Virus record (IMG/VR): IMGVR_UViG_3300030419_006839
Coordinates: 40,852 to 104,851 of that record
Reading direction: 5' to 3' (one strand)
DNA: 64,000 nt
Source of the DNA: a virus
The notes beneath the pieces were generated by a model that saw only the letters and a list, made by a program, of their open reading frames with translations, did not search any database and was not told the DNA's origin. Positions 31,814-43,120 of this stretch are shown here, one piece after another. The position numbers and the translations under genes were made by a program. How positions within the stretch are numbered: the stretch's first letter is position 1; every line of letters begins with the position of its first letter.

Positions 31814-32474
31814 TAAAATGGGTAATGACCTTAGTGTTGTAAATGCTGCTAGGGTTTCATTCGGTAAAAAAAAGGAAAAATTTGATGATAAGGATAAGAA
31901 ACTTATTGGTTACCTTGCTAGGCATAATCATTGGACTCCTTTCGGCCATGTTTCTTTACAGTTTCACATCGTTGCTCCTGTCTTTGTTGCTAGGCAATTA
32001 GTTAAACATCAAGTTGGCTTGGTTTGGAATGAAATTAGTAGGAGGTATGTTGATAGTGACCCTGAGTATTATACTCCAGAAAAATGGAGACTTAAAGCAA
32101 GTAATAAAAAGCAGGGAAGTTCTGATGAATTTTATTACAATGAAGTAGTAACAAAAGATGCTTTTGATCCTAGTATACCTAGTCCTGGAGGTAATCCTTA
32201 TGAAATGCCTTCATATAAATACATTTGTGAACAAGCTAGGATTGCATATAACTCTATGATAAATATTGGTATTTGTCCAGAACAAGCAAGAATGATATTA
32301 CCTCAAAGTATGATGACTGAGTGGTATTGGTCGGGTACTTTAATGGCATTTGCTAGAGTTTGTAATCTAAGATGTAAACCAGATACGCAGTTGGAGACTC
32401 AATGGATAGCAGATAAAATAGATAAGTTAGCAGTTGAAGTTGCCCCTGTTAGTTGGGAACAATTAAGAAAATGA
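31794..32474 (+). CDS. thyX: Flavin-dependent thymidylate synthase
   Basis: VNAARVSF, HWTPF, ARQLVKHQ, NEISRRY, EQARMILP. Confidence 0.97.
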   Translation: MNVTLVDKMGNDLSVVNAARVSFGKKKEKFDDKDKKLIGYLARHNHWTPFGHVSLQFHIVAPVFVARQLVKHQVGLVWNEISRRYVDSDPEYYTPEKWRLKASNKKQGSSDEFYYNEVVTKDAFDPSIPSPGGNPYEMPSYKYICEQARIAYNSMINIGICPEQARMILPQSMMTEWYWSGTLMAFARVCNLRCKPDTQLETQWIADKIDKLAVEVAPVSWEQLRK

Positions 32475-32691
32475 AAGAAAAGCAAAAATGGTGGGAAAGA
32501 AAAAGTCTTGTAAACGATACTCTCTTAGATCAAGAAGTTAAACTTGCAAACTTAAGATGGTCGCAAATAAAGGAAGACTTGGAAACTGTTCAACTAGAGT
32601 TGGTTGCTTTAGATGGAAAATACAACAAAGTTAAGAAGAAGAATAAAAAGTTAAAAAAACAAAACAAAAAGTTAAAGAGGAGATTATTAAA

Positions 32692-33423
32692 GTGACACTT
32701 ACTAATGTTCAATCAGGAAACGCTGAATGGGAAAATATTATAGATGCTAACATTCCAGAGAGTACAGAAACACATAAGCCAATCAAGCATTCTACAATGG
32801 TAGATTGGCTAGATTCTTCATTAGAGAAAAACAACATTAAAGTTGTTGATAGGGTTTTTAATCTAAGTAAAAATACTATGAGGATGATGGCATTATATCA
32901 AGTAGAAAAAAAAGATGAAAAAGATAAAAACACATTAGTTGGTTTGCTCAATTGCAATGAAAAAACGTATGCTGCTAAACTAATGTTTGGTTTGCGTTGG
33001 TTGACTTGTGGGAATAGACTTTGGTATGAATCTGTTCTTTTTAAAAGAAAACATACGGGAAATATAACTCAAGACTTAGAATTAGGAATAAGCAATGCAA
33101 TTAGTAACATAACAATATATCAAAACGAATTTGATAAAGTTATAAATAAATATAAGGAAATAAGAATAAATGATGAAATTGCAAGCCATGCAATAGTTAA
33201 TGCTGCAAGTAAAAAAATTATTCCTTCTTCTAAAGTTGTTAGTGTTTACAGAGAGTGGTTTAATCCATCATATACTTATGACCATAATGAGAAATCTTTA
33301 TATCGGCTTAATAATGCATTTACAACTTCTTTTAGAAACTATAAGAGTCCGTTTTCAGTTCCTAAAAGAAGTTTCGGTTTAATAAAACTACTTGGTGAAT
33401 ATACAACAAAATTGGAGAGTTAA
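32692..33423 (+). CDS. DUF932 family phage/plasmid protein
   Basis: 'THKPIKH', 'GLLNCNEK', 'TCGN', 'RKHT', 'SLYRLNNAFT'. Confidence 0.7.
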   Translation: MTLTNVQSGNAEWENIIDANIPESTETHKPIKHSTMVDWLDSSLEKNNIKVVDRVFNLSKNTMRMMALYQVEKKDEKDKNTLVGLLNCNEKTYAAKLMFGLRWLTCGNRLWYESVLFKRKHTGNITQDLELGISNAISNITIYQNEFDKVINKYKEIRINDEIASHAIVNAASKKIIPSSKVVSVYREWFNPSYTYDHNEKSLYRLNNAFTTSFRNYKSPFSVPKRSFGLIKLLGEYTTKLES

Positions 33424-33425
33424 AA

Positions 33426-34088
33426 ATGTTACTAGCGTTTTCAGGTAAAAAAGGTTCAGGTAAGTCAACTGCTTGCAAACTAACTCAGGAAATATTTCTT
33501 GAAGAAGGTTTAGGTTTAATAGAAATAAAAAGTTTTGCAGAACCTATCTATAATTTAGTGTCCGAAATGTTAGGGGTTCCTGTTAGTTATATTAAAGAGC
33601 ATAAAGATAATGGGCAACAGATACCTTTGCCTAAATTTTCTAAAGATCCTATAATTGATGAAGGTGGTAATCATTGGGTTTACAACCCAGTAAACTTTAG
33701 ACAGATACTACAAACAATTGGTATGAATCTAAGAGAATCTGATGAGAGTGCTTGGCTGAATTGCTTGTTTGGAAGATTTGATGCCAAGTATCTCTATGAT
33801 GTTCAGAATTCAATCTCTTGGGTCATTGAAGATTTGAGATTTGAAAATGAAATAAAAAGAATTAAAAATTTACAAGGTGTTGTCATTCGGGTAATGAGAG
33901 AAGACTTAATCTGCGATGATGAGAATATATCAGAAACTTCTTTGGATTCATATCAGAGATATGATTTCATTGTCGCTAATGACGGTAGTATAGATCAGTT
34001 TAAGAAAAATATATCTGAAATTATACATCAAATTGTATTGTCTAAAAATGATCCAGAATATGAAGCTAAAACACATTACTATTGGTAG
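33426..34088 (+). CDS. Deoxynucleoside monophosphate kinase
   Basis: GKKGSGKST, SFAEP, RQILQTIG, DLRFENE. Confidence 0.9.
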   Translation: MLLAFSGKKGSGKSTACKLTQEIFLEEGLGLIEIKSFAEPIYNLVSEMLGVPVSYIKEHKDNGQQIPLPKFSKDPIIDEGGNHWVYNPVNFRQILQTIGMNLRESDESAWLNCLFGRFDAKYLYDVQNSISWVIEDLRFENEIKRIKNLQGVVIRVMREDLICDDENISETSLDSYQRYDFIVANDGSIDQFKKNISEIIHQIVLSKNDPEYEAKTHYYW

Positions 34089-34097
34089 AGGTGATAT

Positions 34098-34454
34098 ATG
34101 TATGAATATAAAGCAAAGGTTGTTAAAGTTGTCGATGGAGATACTGTTGATTTTCTCGTTGATCTTGGTTTCGACACATGGAAAAAAGTTAGAGCAAGAT
34201 TGTACGGAATTAATGCTCCAGAAAGTCGTACAAGAGATCTTGAAGAAAAAAAACGAGGATTAGAATCTAAAAAATTTCTAACTGATACTTTATCTAATTT
34301 TGACAATGAATGTATTATTAAAAGCAGAGGGACAGGTAAGTATGGAAGATGTTTAGCTGAAATATTTATCGAAGATTTTAATCCTGAAGTCAGTGTTAAT
34401 CAGCAGATGGTTGATATTGGTTTAGCTGAAGAATATTTTGGTGGAAAACGCTAA
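34098..34454 (+). CDS. Thermonuclease (SNase-like)
   Basis: VVDGDT, RLYGINAPE, GKYGRCLA. Confidence 0.92.
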   Translation: MYEYKAKVVKVVDGDTVDFLVDLGFDTWKKVRARLYGINAPESRTRDLEEKKRGLESKKFLTDTLSNFDNECIIKSRGTGKYGRCLAEIFIEDFNPEVSVNQQMVDIGLAEEYFGGKR

Positions 34455-34477
34455 AGTTATCTAGAATTTGTCGATAA
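34452..34477 (+). promoter_or_regulatory. Class I (sigma28-like) promoter
   Basis: TAAAGTTatctagaatttGTCGATAA upstream of the DenV-like gene. Confidence 0.72.
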
Positions 34478-34509
34478 TATATAGTAGAAGCAAAATAAAT
34501 GGAGGAAAA

Positions 34510-34998
34510 ATGAACGTCTTCTACTTAGATCATAACACTGATGATTGTGCCAAGTATCATAATGATAAGCATTGTGTCAAGATGATACTTGAGTATGCAC
34601 AATTATTATCTACTTGTCATAGGGTATTAGATGGAGATCAATGTATCGACAAAGTATATAAAGCAACCCATAAGAATCATCCTTCTGCTATTTGGGCTAG
34701 AAGTAATTCCGAAAACTATAAGTGGTTGTATAAGCTTTTTTGTTCTCTATCTAAGGAATACGAGTATCGTTATGATAGAAGTCACTTAAGTTTTGTCAAG
34801 TTAGAAAATGTATTAGTTAATCAACCTAAAAACATAGTTACAGGTAGTTTTAATCAACCAACACCAGCAATGCCTGAATACTGTAAGATTCCAAATAACT
34901 CATTAGCTTCTTACAGGAAATATTATATAAATGAGAAAAGCCATATTGCTTATTGGAAAAAAAGAGAAATACCTAGTTGGTATAAGGAGAACAAATGA
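34510..34998 (+). CDS. Pyrimidine dimer DNA glycosylase/endonuclease V family
   Basis: MNVFYLD, DKHCVKMILEYAQLL, THKNHPSAIWAR; RBS GGAGG. Confidence 0.85.
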   Translation: MNVFYLDHNTDDCAKYHNDKHCVKMILEYAQLLSTCHRVLDGDQCIDKVYKATHKNHPSAIWARSNSENYKWLYKLFCSLSKEYEYRYDRSHLSFVKLENVLVNQPKNIVTGSFNQPTPAMPEYCKIPNNSLASYRKYYINEKSHIAYWKKREIPSWYKENK

Positions 34999-36069
34999 AA
35001 AATTTCAAATTAAATACAATTATTGCTACTTCCGTTTCAAAATGTCAAGATTTCTCTTGTCAGAAAGATATTGCATTGTCTGTTCATAATGCTATTAATG
35101 AACTTCATGTAAGTATTAGTACGTTGCATGAAATTTTTATTGAGTTCCCATATATATCAAACTATGCAGATTTCACTAAGTTTAAAGGTCTAACTAAGTA
35201 TATGTATTCTTGTTTATATAACTATGTAGTTCAGTGCGTTCGTGATACACCACATCCAGGTAAATGGAAACATGATACGAAAAGTGATCGTGTAGATAAA
35301 ATTATTAAATTTAATAGTTCCGATTGGTTAAACAATTCTGAATCAATAGGAGATAGTAATTGAAAAGTGTTAAAGAAAACAAAAGGGAGAATGAAAGATT
35401 AACTAGGATTGCTATGATAATATTTATTATTCTTTCTATCTTAGTTGTTTTTTTAGCAGGTTGTTCTAATGATGGGGAGATTTATTATAATAGTTGGTCT
35501 ACTAGCATACAATCATTAGATAGATCTAATGATCTTACTTTTGATGAATCCATACATCAAGAGTGCAATGGTAGACATTATGTAGACCCTTACACAAAAA
35601 TTGAATATTGTTTACCAGAAAATTTTACAAACTATAAAAATATACACATATATAAAATAGGAGAAAAGAATGTTCTTAAATAATCACTCTAGAAAAATTA
35701 TTAATCGAATGGGCTTAAATGTTTGTGATAAAACTGGAGTCGTATTAAGTCCAGGAAAATTTGAAAATGAAATGTATTATGTTCCAGTTTTTTGGAATTA
35801 TTATTTAGAAGGATCTTATGATGAGTTGCTAGAAGATGTTGTTTTTTTCAAACTTAATTATGATGACATTTCAAACTTTCCAGAATTGAAAGGTTTTGAA
35901 AAGTTTATATTAACTGTTTCTGAGCAAGGATTTGTTTCTGGGAGAATAGTGTAATTGAAAGTAACTCCAGAAATTTTATATGTTTGGATTGCAATATTAG
36001 CTTTCTGCTTTTCTTGCTGGTATTTTGCAATTAAATTTATAATTAAAATATTTAATTGGGTGTTTTAAT

Positions 36070-36537
36070 ATGACTAAAGAATTGCAAGAAGAAGTTGATC
36101 AAGCAGAAAATGATCATGAATTAATTTTACTTCTCAAAACTGAAGTAGAAAAACTTACTAATGAAATAGAAAAAACTGAACGACATTTAGAGGATTCTTT
36201 AAGTGAACATCACGAAACAGCAGAGCAGTTAGCTTTACATGAAAAACTATCTGCTCAACAAACTCTATTGAAACATGTATTTTATGGAGTACTATCTCTA
36301 GTTCTAGGTATGTGGAGTTTAGTCTTTGTGGGTTGGTTTACTGGACAAGAAGCTATTGAACGTGAAATGGCTTTCTTTGAAAGGATAATTCTTGTTTTCA
36401 TAGGAATCGTTGGAGGTGCAGTTTCAAGTTTCTTTGATGTTAGAAATTTTGCCCTAAATAGGGATGGTAATGGTAATGGAAACTCTAATGGTAATGGGAA
36501 TGGGAATGGAAAAAAAAGAATGAATGATACTGACTAG
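36070..36537 (+). CDS. Membrane protein (coiled coil, 2 TM, GN repeats)
   Basis: Hydropathy pattern; GNGNGNSNGNGNGNG tail. Confidence 0.5.
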   Translation: MTKELQEEVDQAENDHELILLLKTEVEKLTNEIEKTERHLEDSLSEHHETAEQLALHEKLSAQQTLLKHVFYGVLSLVLGMWSLVFVGWFTGQEAIEREMAFFERIILVFIGIVGGAVSSFFDVRNFALNRDGNGNGNSNGNGNGNGKKRMNDTD

Positions 36538-36995
36538 TTAGGAGGTTATATGTTGAAAGGAATTAGGACTATAATTCAAGTTTACTTGTGTGTCGCTTTT
36601 TGGATCATAATGAATGCAATTGCAATCCCTCTTGCATTCATACTTAATTGCATTCAAGATCTGTTGTGGTTAATTTCTCCTAAGTTAACTCTATGGTTTA
36701 ATCGAGGTGTTATAGCTGTTTACTCTAAGTTAGTTAAGGAGGATGAGGAGGACGATGAGTAGGCATCATTCAAAATATGTCAGCAACCAAGAAGTTATAC
36801 ATAAATGTTTAGTTACTTACGTTGAAGTACTTTCAAACATGCCATTCTCTTGGTATGTCGATAGAGTTAGTGAAAGTGTTTGTCGTAAGGGATATATGAT
36901 TGATAGAGGTGAAATTATCAAAACGATTGAACACTTCTTAAAAGATAAAATAAAAATTTGTCCTCATTGTTATAACGGACTAGGAGGTTAGGTAT

Positions 36996-37235
36996 ATGCC
37001 AATTTATGAATATAAATGCCCTGATTGTGGGGAAACTTTTGAAGCATTACAATCCATCAATGATGAACCATTAGATGAATGCGAATTGTGTGGAGGTGAA
37101 AACGTTAAGAAAATAATGTCAAAGTCAAATTGGAAAATGGCCGTGCATTGGTGGGATGATTCTTATACTCCTACTGGTACACCTGCTCAAAATAATCGTA
37201 ATAGAAACACCATTGAGGAGTTTGCCGATGCATAA
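36996..37235 (+). CDS. FmdB family zinc-ribbon protein
   Basis: MPIYEYKCPDCG...CELCGG. Confidence 0.9.
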   Translation: MPIYEYKCPDCGETFEALQSINDEPLDECELCGGENVKKIMSKSNWKMAVHWWDDSYTPTGTPAQNNRNRNTIEEFADA

Positions 37236-37734
37236 TTCTTCTAGTGTTTCTAAACAAATAAAGGAAATACAAAGTCAAGATACTTCTATGTTTCGTACTT
37301 TTGTTTTCGATATTGATGGTACTATTTTTAAACATAAGAGTAATGATGATTTAGACCAAGTTTGTGTCAAGTTAATTAAAGCTAAAGATAAATTACCTAA
37401 GCATCTTCAAGACTTTATGAGATCTCCTCCTGAGTATCTTCAAGAGGAGATACTCGATGGGGTTAAAGAGTTTTGGTTGAATTATCTTCATTCAAATGAT
37501 ACCATTATACTTACTTCCGCTAGATTGGAACGACATCGACTACAGACCGAAATTATGCTAAACTTTTGGGGGCTTCGGTTTGATCATCTCATTCTAGGTA
37601 TTCCTAGTGGTGTTCGATATTTATTTAATGACATTGATCCTAAAAAGCCAGGATTAGAAAAGGCTGTTGCTATTAATTTAAAACGTAATGAAGGTCTTAC
37701 GCCTAGATCTTACGATGTGAGGTACGATGATTAA
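37228..37734 (+). CDS. HAD-superfamily phosphatase-like protein
   Basis: FDIDGT, ILTSAR, RYLFND. Confidence 0.75.
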   Translation: MHNSSSVSKQIKEIQSQDTSMFRTFVFDIDGTIFKHKSNDDLDQVCVKLIKAKDKLPKHLQDFMRSPPEYLQEEILDGVKEFWLNYLHSNDTIILTSARLERHRLQTEIMLNFWGLRFDHLILGIPSGVRYLFNDIDPKKPGLEKAVAINLKRNEGLTPRSYDVRYDD

Positions 37735-38005
37735 AGAAAAAAAAGGTATGGATTTCTTTCTCCTTCAAGCTGCTAAAAAGAGATTTGAAGGGGATTTGTT
37801 AACTTATAACGCTAACCTCAACGTATTGTTGAGTAACCCTGCTGGTATTGGTGAACACTCCGACATTGTAGGCGAGGTCTGTAAACTCATTCAACATGCT
37901 CATGATGCCAAAGGTTGTCTTGAAATTGTTGATGCTTACATCGAGGAACATAATTATTAATGAGATCAAAGTGAAATTTGCCTTGAAGGAGGAAGTTTCT
38001 TAAGT

Positions 38006-38338
38006 GTGAAAAACAATAGTCGCAAAGAACAATTACGTTCGATGGGTACAAGGTATAATCTAAAATCTAATGGTGATTGGAAATACTTTAGGCTTAGACT
38101 TAAACCTCACATATTTAATTGGATTTACAAACTAGCCATCGAACAAGATGTGTCAATTAATAGAATGATTAATGAACTGTTTGAAACACAAATGAAATTC
38201 ATGGGATATGTTGCAGATGATGGAGAAGTTATGACTGATCCTCAAGAGGTCGCTCGACAACTTACTCACGATACTATAACTGATTCCATGAATAACTATT
38301 TATCAATGTTAGAAGAACGTAAAAATAAAGAGGTATGA
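38006..38338 (+). CDS. Ribbon-helix-helix DNA-binding protein
   Basis: FRLRLKP...LAIEQDVSINRMINELF (Arc-like). Confidence 0.55.
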   Translation: MKNNSRKEQLRSMGTRYNLKSNGDWKYFRLRLKPHIFNWIYKLAIEQDVSINRMINELFETQMKFMGYVADDGEVMTDPQEVARQLTHDTITDSMNNYLSMLEERKNKEV

Positions 38339-38931
38339 ATATGAACCAAGAAAATAAAACAACTACTGCTGAAGAAGTTAAAGCTACGAAACCAAAACGA
38401 ACTCGTAAGAAAACTCCAAAGAAGTCTGAATTTGAAACTTGCATGGATCATGTATTTGAAAATGAGGGAATACTCTCAGACGATCCTGTTGATCGAGGTG
38501 GATTAACTAAGTATGGAGTAACAATTTCGACATATAAAAAATATTGGAAAGATAAAGGCGAAGAGAAAACTGAAGATGATTTGAGAAAAGCCACTAAAGC
38601 CGAAGTTCTAGAAATCTATAGGAAAAACTTTTGGGAACCAAGTAGAGTAGAACAACTACCAAAAGAAATTAGAATGACATATTTCGATATGGTTGTTAAT
38701 CATGGACAAGGAAATGCCGTTAGAATATTACAAAAAGCCATCAATCTTGGTAGAATCTCCCTTATCTCAGAAGATGGTTTAATTGGAAAAAACACAATCA
38801 GTCACGCTAAGAAGGTCAGTCGAGATAAGTTACAAGCTTCTAGAGCGTTATTCTATGCGAATTTGATTGCTCGTAGACCTCAACAGGAGAAATTTTGGCT
38901 AGGATGGTATAGACGTTGCAAAAACACTTGA
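38335..38931 (+). CDS. Endolysin, glycoside hydrolase family 108 with PG-binding domain
   Basis: EG.LSDDPVDRGGLTKYGVT; FDMVVNHG; DGLIGKNT; KFWLGWYRR. Confidence 0.92.
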   Translation: MNMNQENKTTTAEEVKATKPKRTRKKTPKKSEFETCMDHVFENEGILSDDPVDRGGLTKYGVTISTYKKYWKDKGEEKTEDDLRKATKAEVLEIYRKNFWEPSRVEQLPKEIRMTYFDMVVNHGQGNAVRILQKAINLGRISLISEDGLIGKNTISHAKKVSRDKLQASRALFYANLIARRPQQEKFWLGWYRRCKNT

Positions 38932-38948
38932 TAACGAGTAACTAAACC

Positions 38949-39050
38949 TGCTAATCAGTTATTATTTCTCGATAGCTGGTTAGTAACTGAGCCTATTTGC
39001 GTGATCAGTTACGGTTTTATGCTGTAATGCTCATGTAAATGGGCTTTTTT
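38949..39050 (+). ncRNA. Structured 3' RNA element/terminator with two long G-U-rich hairpins
   Basis: 15-bp stem 38949-38963/38971-38985 and 16-bp stem 38989-39004/39031-39046, fully paired only on + with wobbles, then a T run. Confidence 0.55.
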
Positions 39051-39060
39051 GTTGCCTTGA

Positions 39061-39123
39061 AAAAGAAATGACACAAAGTGTGACGTAAATTTGGGCCAAA
39101 AAAGAAAAAACACAAAGTGTGAC
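39061..39123. repeat. 24-bp direct repeat x2
   Basis: AAAAGAAAnnACACAAAGTGTGAC at 39061-39084 and 39100-39123. Confidence 0.7.
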
Positions 39124-42100
39124 AAAACTTTTGAGAGTAAAGTGAGATCAAAATTGCGAGGTGATAACTATTGGGACTAAGAAGACTCTGCGGTGAAAAC
39201 TAAGCTATGACTGAACTTAACTGGTTATGACTGATAACCTTGTGGAGAAAAAAGATATTTAATTACACCTTAGTAAGAATTTATAAAAACTCTTTAGTAA
39301 AACAACTCCGAAAGACTTTAAACTTTCAAGTTTAATAGACGCATACAAAATCAAAAGGTTTAGACTAAATAACAATTTTTTAAAACTTTTTTTATTCCCT
39401 GGAGTGCTGGACTGCGAGATCGGTCATTGATGTCATTAGACTCCTCAGTTAAGATCAGTTATCATCCAGGAGTCTACGTAAGTCCCTCTTAGATCTCATA
39501 CGATCATATTTTTTCTTGGATTTTAACCGAATTGCACCAGGAGCAATCGGATGCCTAACCTTTACGCCTGGATTGCTAGACTCAGTAACTGATAGTGATC
39601 GGACTGCTTGCTTTTTTCGTTTAGTTCTTTTCATTTTTTTTAACCCCCTGTTTTCTGAGAAATCGGTAACTGAGAAATATGCCTTTTTTGGGCTGGACTG
39701 CTGGAGTGCTTGGGCTGGAGTGTTAATGTCCCCAAATACATTGAACATTCGTTATCATAATACATAAAATTCCCCGTCATCGTCATACCATGATGTGTTG
39801 TCATTAGTTATAATATTTCTATTTAAAAGCTCTTCTCTGACTTCATGTAAGCAGAACCCATTAAAAGGATCAAGGCTATCCCCCTTAAGGATAACCTTTT
39901 CAGCAAGTGATTTAATTTTACCAGAAAAGGAAAATACTGGAATTGTCTCAATGTGTTTAATGCATTTCATAATTTTCCCTACTAAAATCCCATGTTTTAT
40001 CTATGATTAGTTCTTTATACCATTGATCTATGTCAGATGGATGATCTGATTCAAACATATAATGAGCGAGAATATCAATTAATTCTTCTCCATTATAGGA
40101 ATCTATTTCAAATTTCGCTAATGCTTTAGCTTTTCCCCACGTATCTAACTTGATTCCCACTTTATATCCTCCTGATTGAAATATTCTCTGGATGTTTCAA
40201 GAAAATAATAAATCATATTCCAATCGTCTTGTTTAATTTCATTACCATTTTCTAATTCTTGAATTAAACAATGTACGCTATTAGCTATGTCTCCAAGACC
40301 AAATAAGGTAGTTCCACCTAACATAATTCCCACTTTATAGCCTCCTGAATACGTTTTACTTTATCTGGGTCTACATTATTGTTTGTAATTACAGTTGATT
40401 TTTCAACTAATTCTGGATATGCGTATAATGCTTTCTTCCATATTGCTTCAACTAAGAAATCTTCTTCCTCTACGAACTCTTTAGTAGACTGATAGATACA
40501 AACGGTGTCTGATATATTATGGTAAATTTCCCAAGCATCTATATCATCAAAGTACCTTATATCCTTTGATGAATACGATCCATAGTTTAGTATTATCTTG
40601 ACGCTAATTCCGTCATCTTTTCCAATAGCCATCTGTCTAAGATGTTCTACTGATTTTATTGGTATATACTCTGGCATCTATATTTCCTCCTTCAGTAAAT
40701 TAAGTCTATGTCTTATGATAGAAAATACATCCTTAGTAAAATCACACTTACTTATTGGATCATCAGTCAGTAATTTGATAACAGTTTCCGTAGAAACTAT
40801 GTCAAAGTATTTAAGTAAATCTTCTTCTATTTCCGTTCCTACTTTTGCAATTTGGTATTTTGTAAAGGGAATACCTCCAGCCATTTCAATCTACCTCCTC
40901 TAAAAAATATTCCTTAACATCTTCTATATTAGATATTACATACCTTATACACCATCCAGCTATTTCAATATCATCCCATTCTTCTGGAAAAACATAATCA
41001 TAATTTTTTAATAACTCATCCATTTCTCTTTTCATTGATATCCTTTCTTGGTATAATCATACCTGTTTTTGCATCAATAAACCAGAAATCATCTTCACTT
41101 ATTTCTTTAAAGCCCTGCGGTTTTCCTTGACTTCCTGTGTATTCCTCTATCTCGATTATTTCATTTTCTTTATAATCTTCTTCAAAAGGTATTGATTCTG
41201 AATAGTTATGTAAAAAGTTAAGAATACTATCTTCAGTTAATTCTTCTCCATTTGTTTCAATATACTGAACAGTAAAAAATGGAACTTTATACCAAATATC
41301 AACCCTATATTTCATTGTATCTCTCCTGTAACTTTTTGCAGATTAATTGGACAACCCCTTATTCCATACAGTTCAGAAAAATAATCATCTATGAAATTAC
41401 GGCAAGATTCAAAAATGTCAGTCTTTATATCATCTTCTCCATATAAACCTTCTATATCTTCAAGTAGAAAGTATAGTTTTACAATAATGGTTGATTTAAC
41501 TTCTTCCTTAACCTCTTTACTTTCTAATTGTAAACTCATACATAAACCCCTTAAAGAAAGGGGGAAATTAATCCCCCAATTGTGTTAGATTCTTACTTGT
41601 TTCTGTCCACCATAAATACGAACAGCTTGTTTTGTAGCATCTTTTTCTGACAAACCTTGTAGCATCAACAATTCTTGTACAGCTTTTGCCTTTGCTATTT
41701 CAGGATTTGCCACTCTTAACGCTTCTTTACCAGAACTGTAGAATGTTCCATCTTGTTTTGGTGTTTGCATTCTATAATTACTTGGTGAAACTCCAACTAA
41801 ACTATTAAAGGTTCTGCGATTAACAGCATCAACTTCCTCAACACCACCAATACGAAATAGAAAGTCATTAAAAGATCGACTAATTTGCTTTTGAGTTTCA
41901 ATAGCGGTTACAGGTGTTTGGAATTGATTGGTTACTACGTTGCTGTTAGTTACATATGTCATATCAAAATCTCCTATGCCTTATTTGGCATTAATTGTTT
42001 AGTGTGTAGGAACAACCTTTGCTCCTACTATATAATATCGACAGTTTCGAGAAAACTTTAGCGTTTTTTTAAAATTATTTTCAATGATGCGAAAATTCCT

Positions 42101-42250
42101 ACCAAACTCCACCAACTTACAGCAGATAGGAAAATGATAACGATTGCCACAATTCCATATGCGACAATTTTAAGCAAGAAATCAAACACATTGTTACTAC
42201 TCCTTTATTATATAATATCGACAGTTTTGAGAAAACTTTAGAGAAAAATA

Positions 42251-43120
42251 TTATAAATCTTCTCTAATTCCAACCATAACAGGAAATCTTGGATAACCAT
42301 CATCTGTTATTTCTTGATACTTTACAGTTGCAAGTTTTCCAATGTGGTCATCTTTATTTTTCCAGTATTCTTTTAATTCCTCCTTTGTTACGGATGGTCT
42401 AACCCTAAAGCTAACTTTTCCATCTGTAACTAAAAATGATCCTAAAACATTAGGATGGTTATTTTGTTCTACTGCATCGAGTATAGTATATTCGGAATCC
42501 TTGAAATATTTATACTTAAAAAGTTGATTACTTCGTTTGTTCTCATATGGTAAGTTGTCAATTCTTACCATTAAACCCTCATATCCACATTCTATAAAGT
42601 CTTGACAATATTTGTCAAACATTTGTAAACCCTTATACGATATATGACCTAAACTTATTGTCTCTACCGTTTTAATATAAGGACTTATAGATACAGGATG
42701 TGTATAAGCTAAACGACTAATTTCTCTTTTCCTGTTACTGAAACTAGAATCCATAACAACGTCAAAAACATGAAACTGTATTTCTTTATGGTTGTCATGT
42801 AAATTTTTAGTTCGTGAAACAATACTATTTATCTCTGAAAATGTTAATGATTCATTGAATAGTTCACCGTCTAACCACTCTAAAGAACGGAATGTGCTTA
42901 ATTTACCAACTTTAATTAATTCTTGATGTAAATGTGGACAACTTGTAACCTCTTTTCCTGAACGTTTGAACATCTTACCATTTTTTAAATTACCAACGAC
43001 TCTCACACCGTCAAGTTTTGGTTGGACAAACATTTCATGTTGATTGTGTTCTGTATAACTATTGACTTTTTTACGACTTGATTTATCAGACAAGTCGTGA
43101 GCCAACATTGGTTTAATCAT
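42251..43120 (-). CDS. ATP-dependent DNA ligase
   Basis: QPKLDGVR, LDGEL, FHVFD, YEGLMVR, LFKYK, PRFP. Confidence 0.95.
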   Translation of the reverse strand: MIKPMLAHDLSDKSSRKKVNSYTEHNQHEMFVQPKLDGVRVVGNLKNGKMFKRSGKEVTSCPHLHQELIKVGKLSTFRSLEWLDGELFNESLTFSEINSIVSRTKNLHDNHKEIQFHVFDVVMDSSFSNRKREISRLAYTHPVSISPYIKTVETISLGHISYKGLQMFDKYCQDFIECGYEGLMVRIDNLPYENKRSNQLFKYKYFKDSEYTILDAVEQNNHPNVLGSFLVTDGKVSFRVRPSVTKEELKEYWKNKDDHIGKLATVKYQEITDDGYPRFPVMVGIREDL

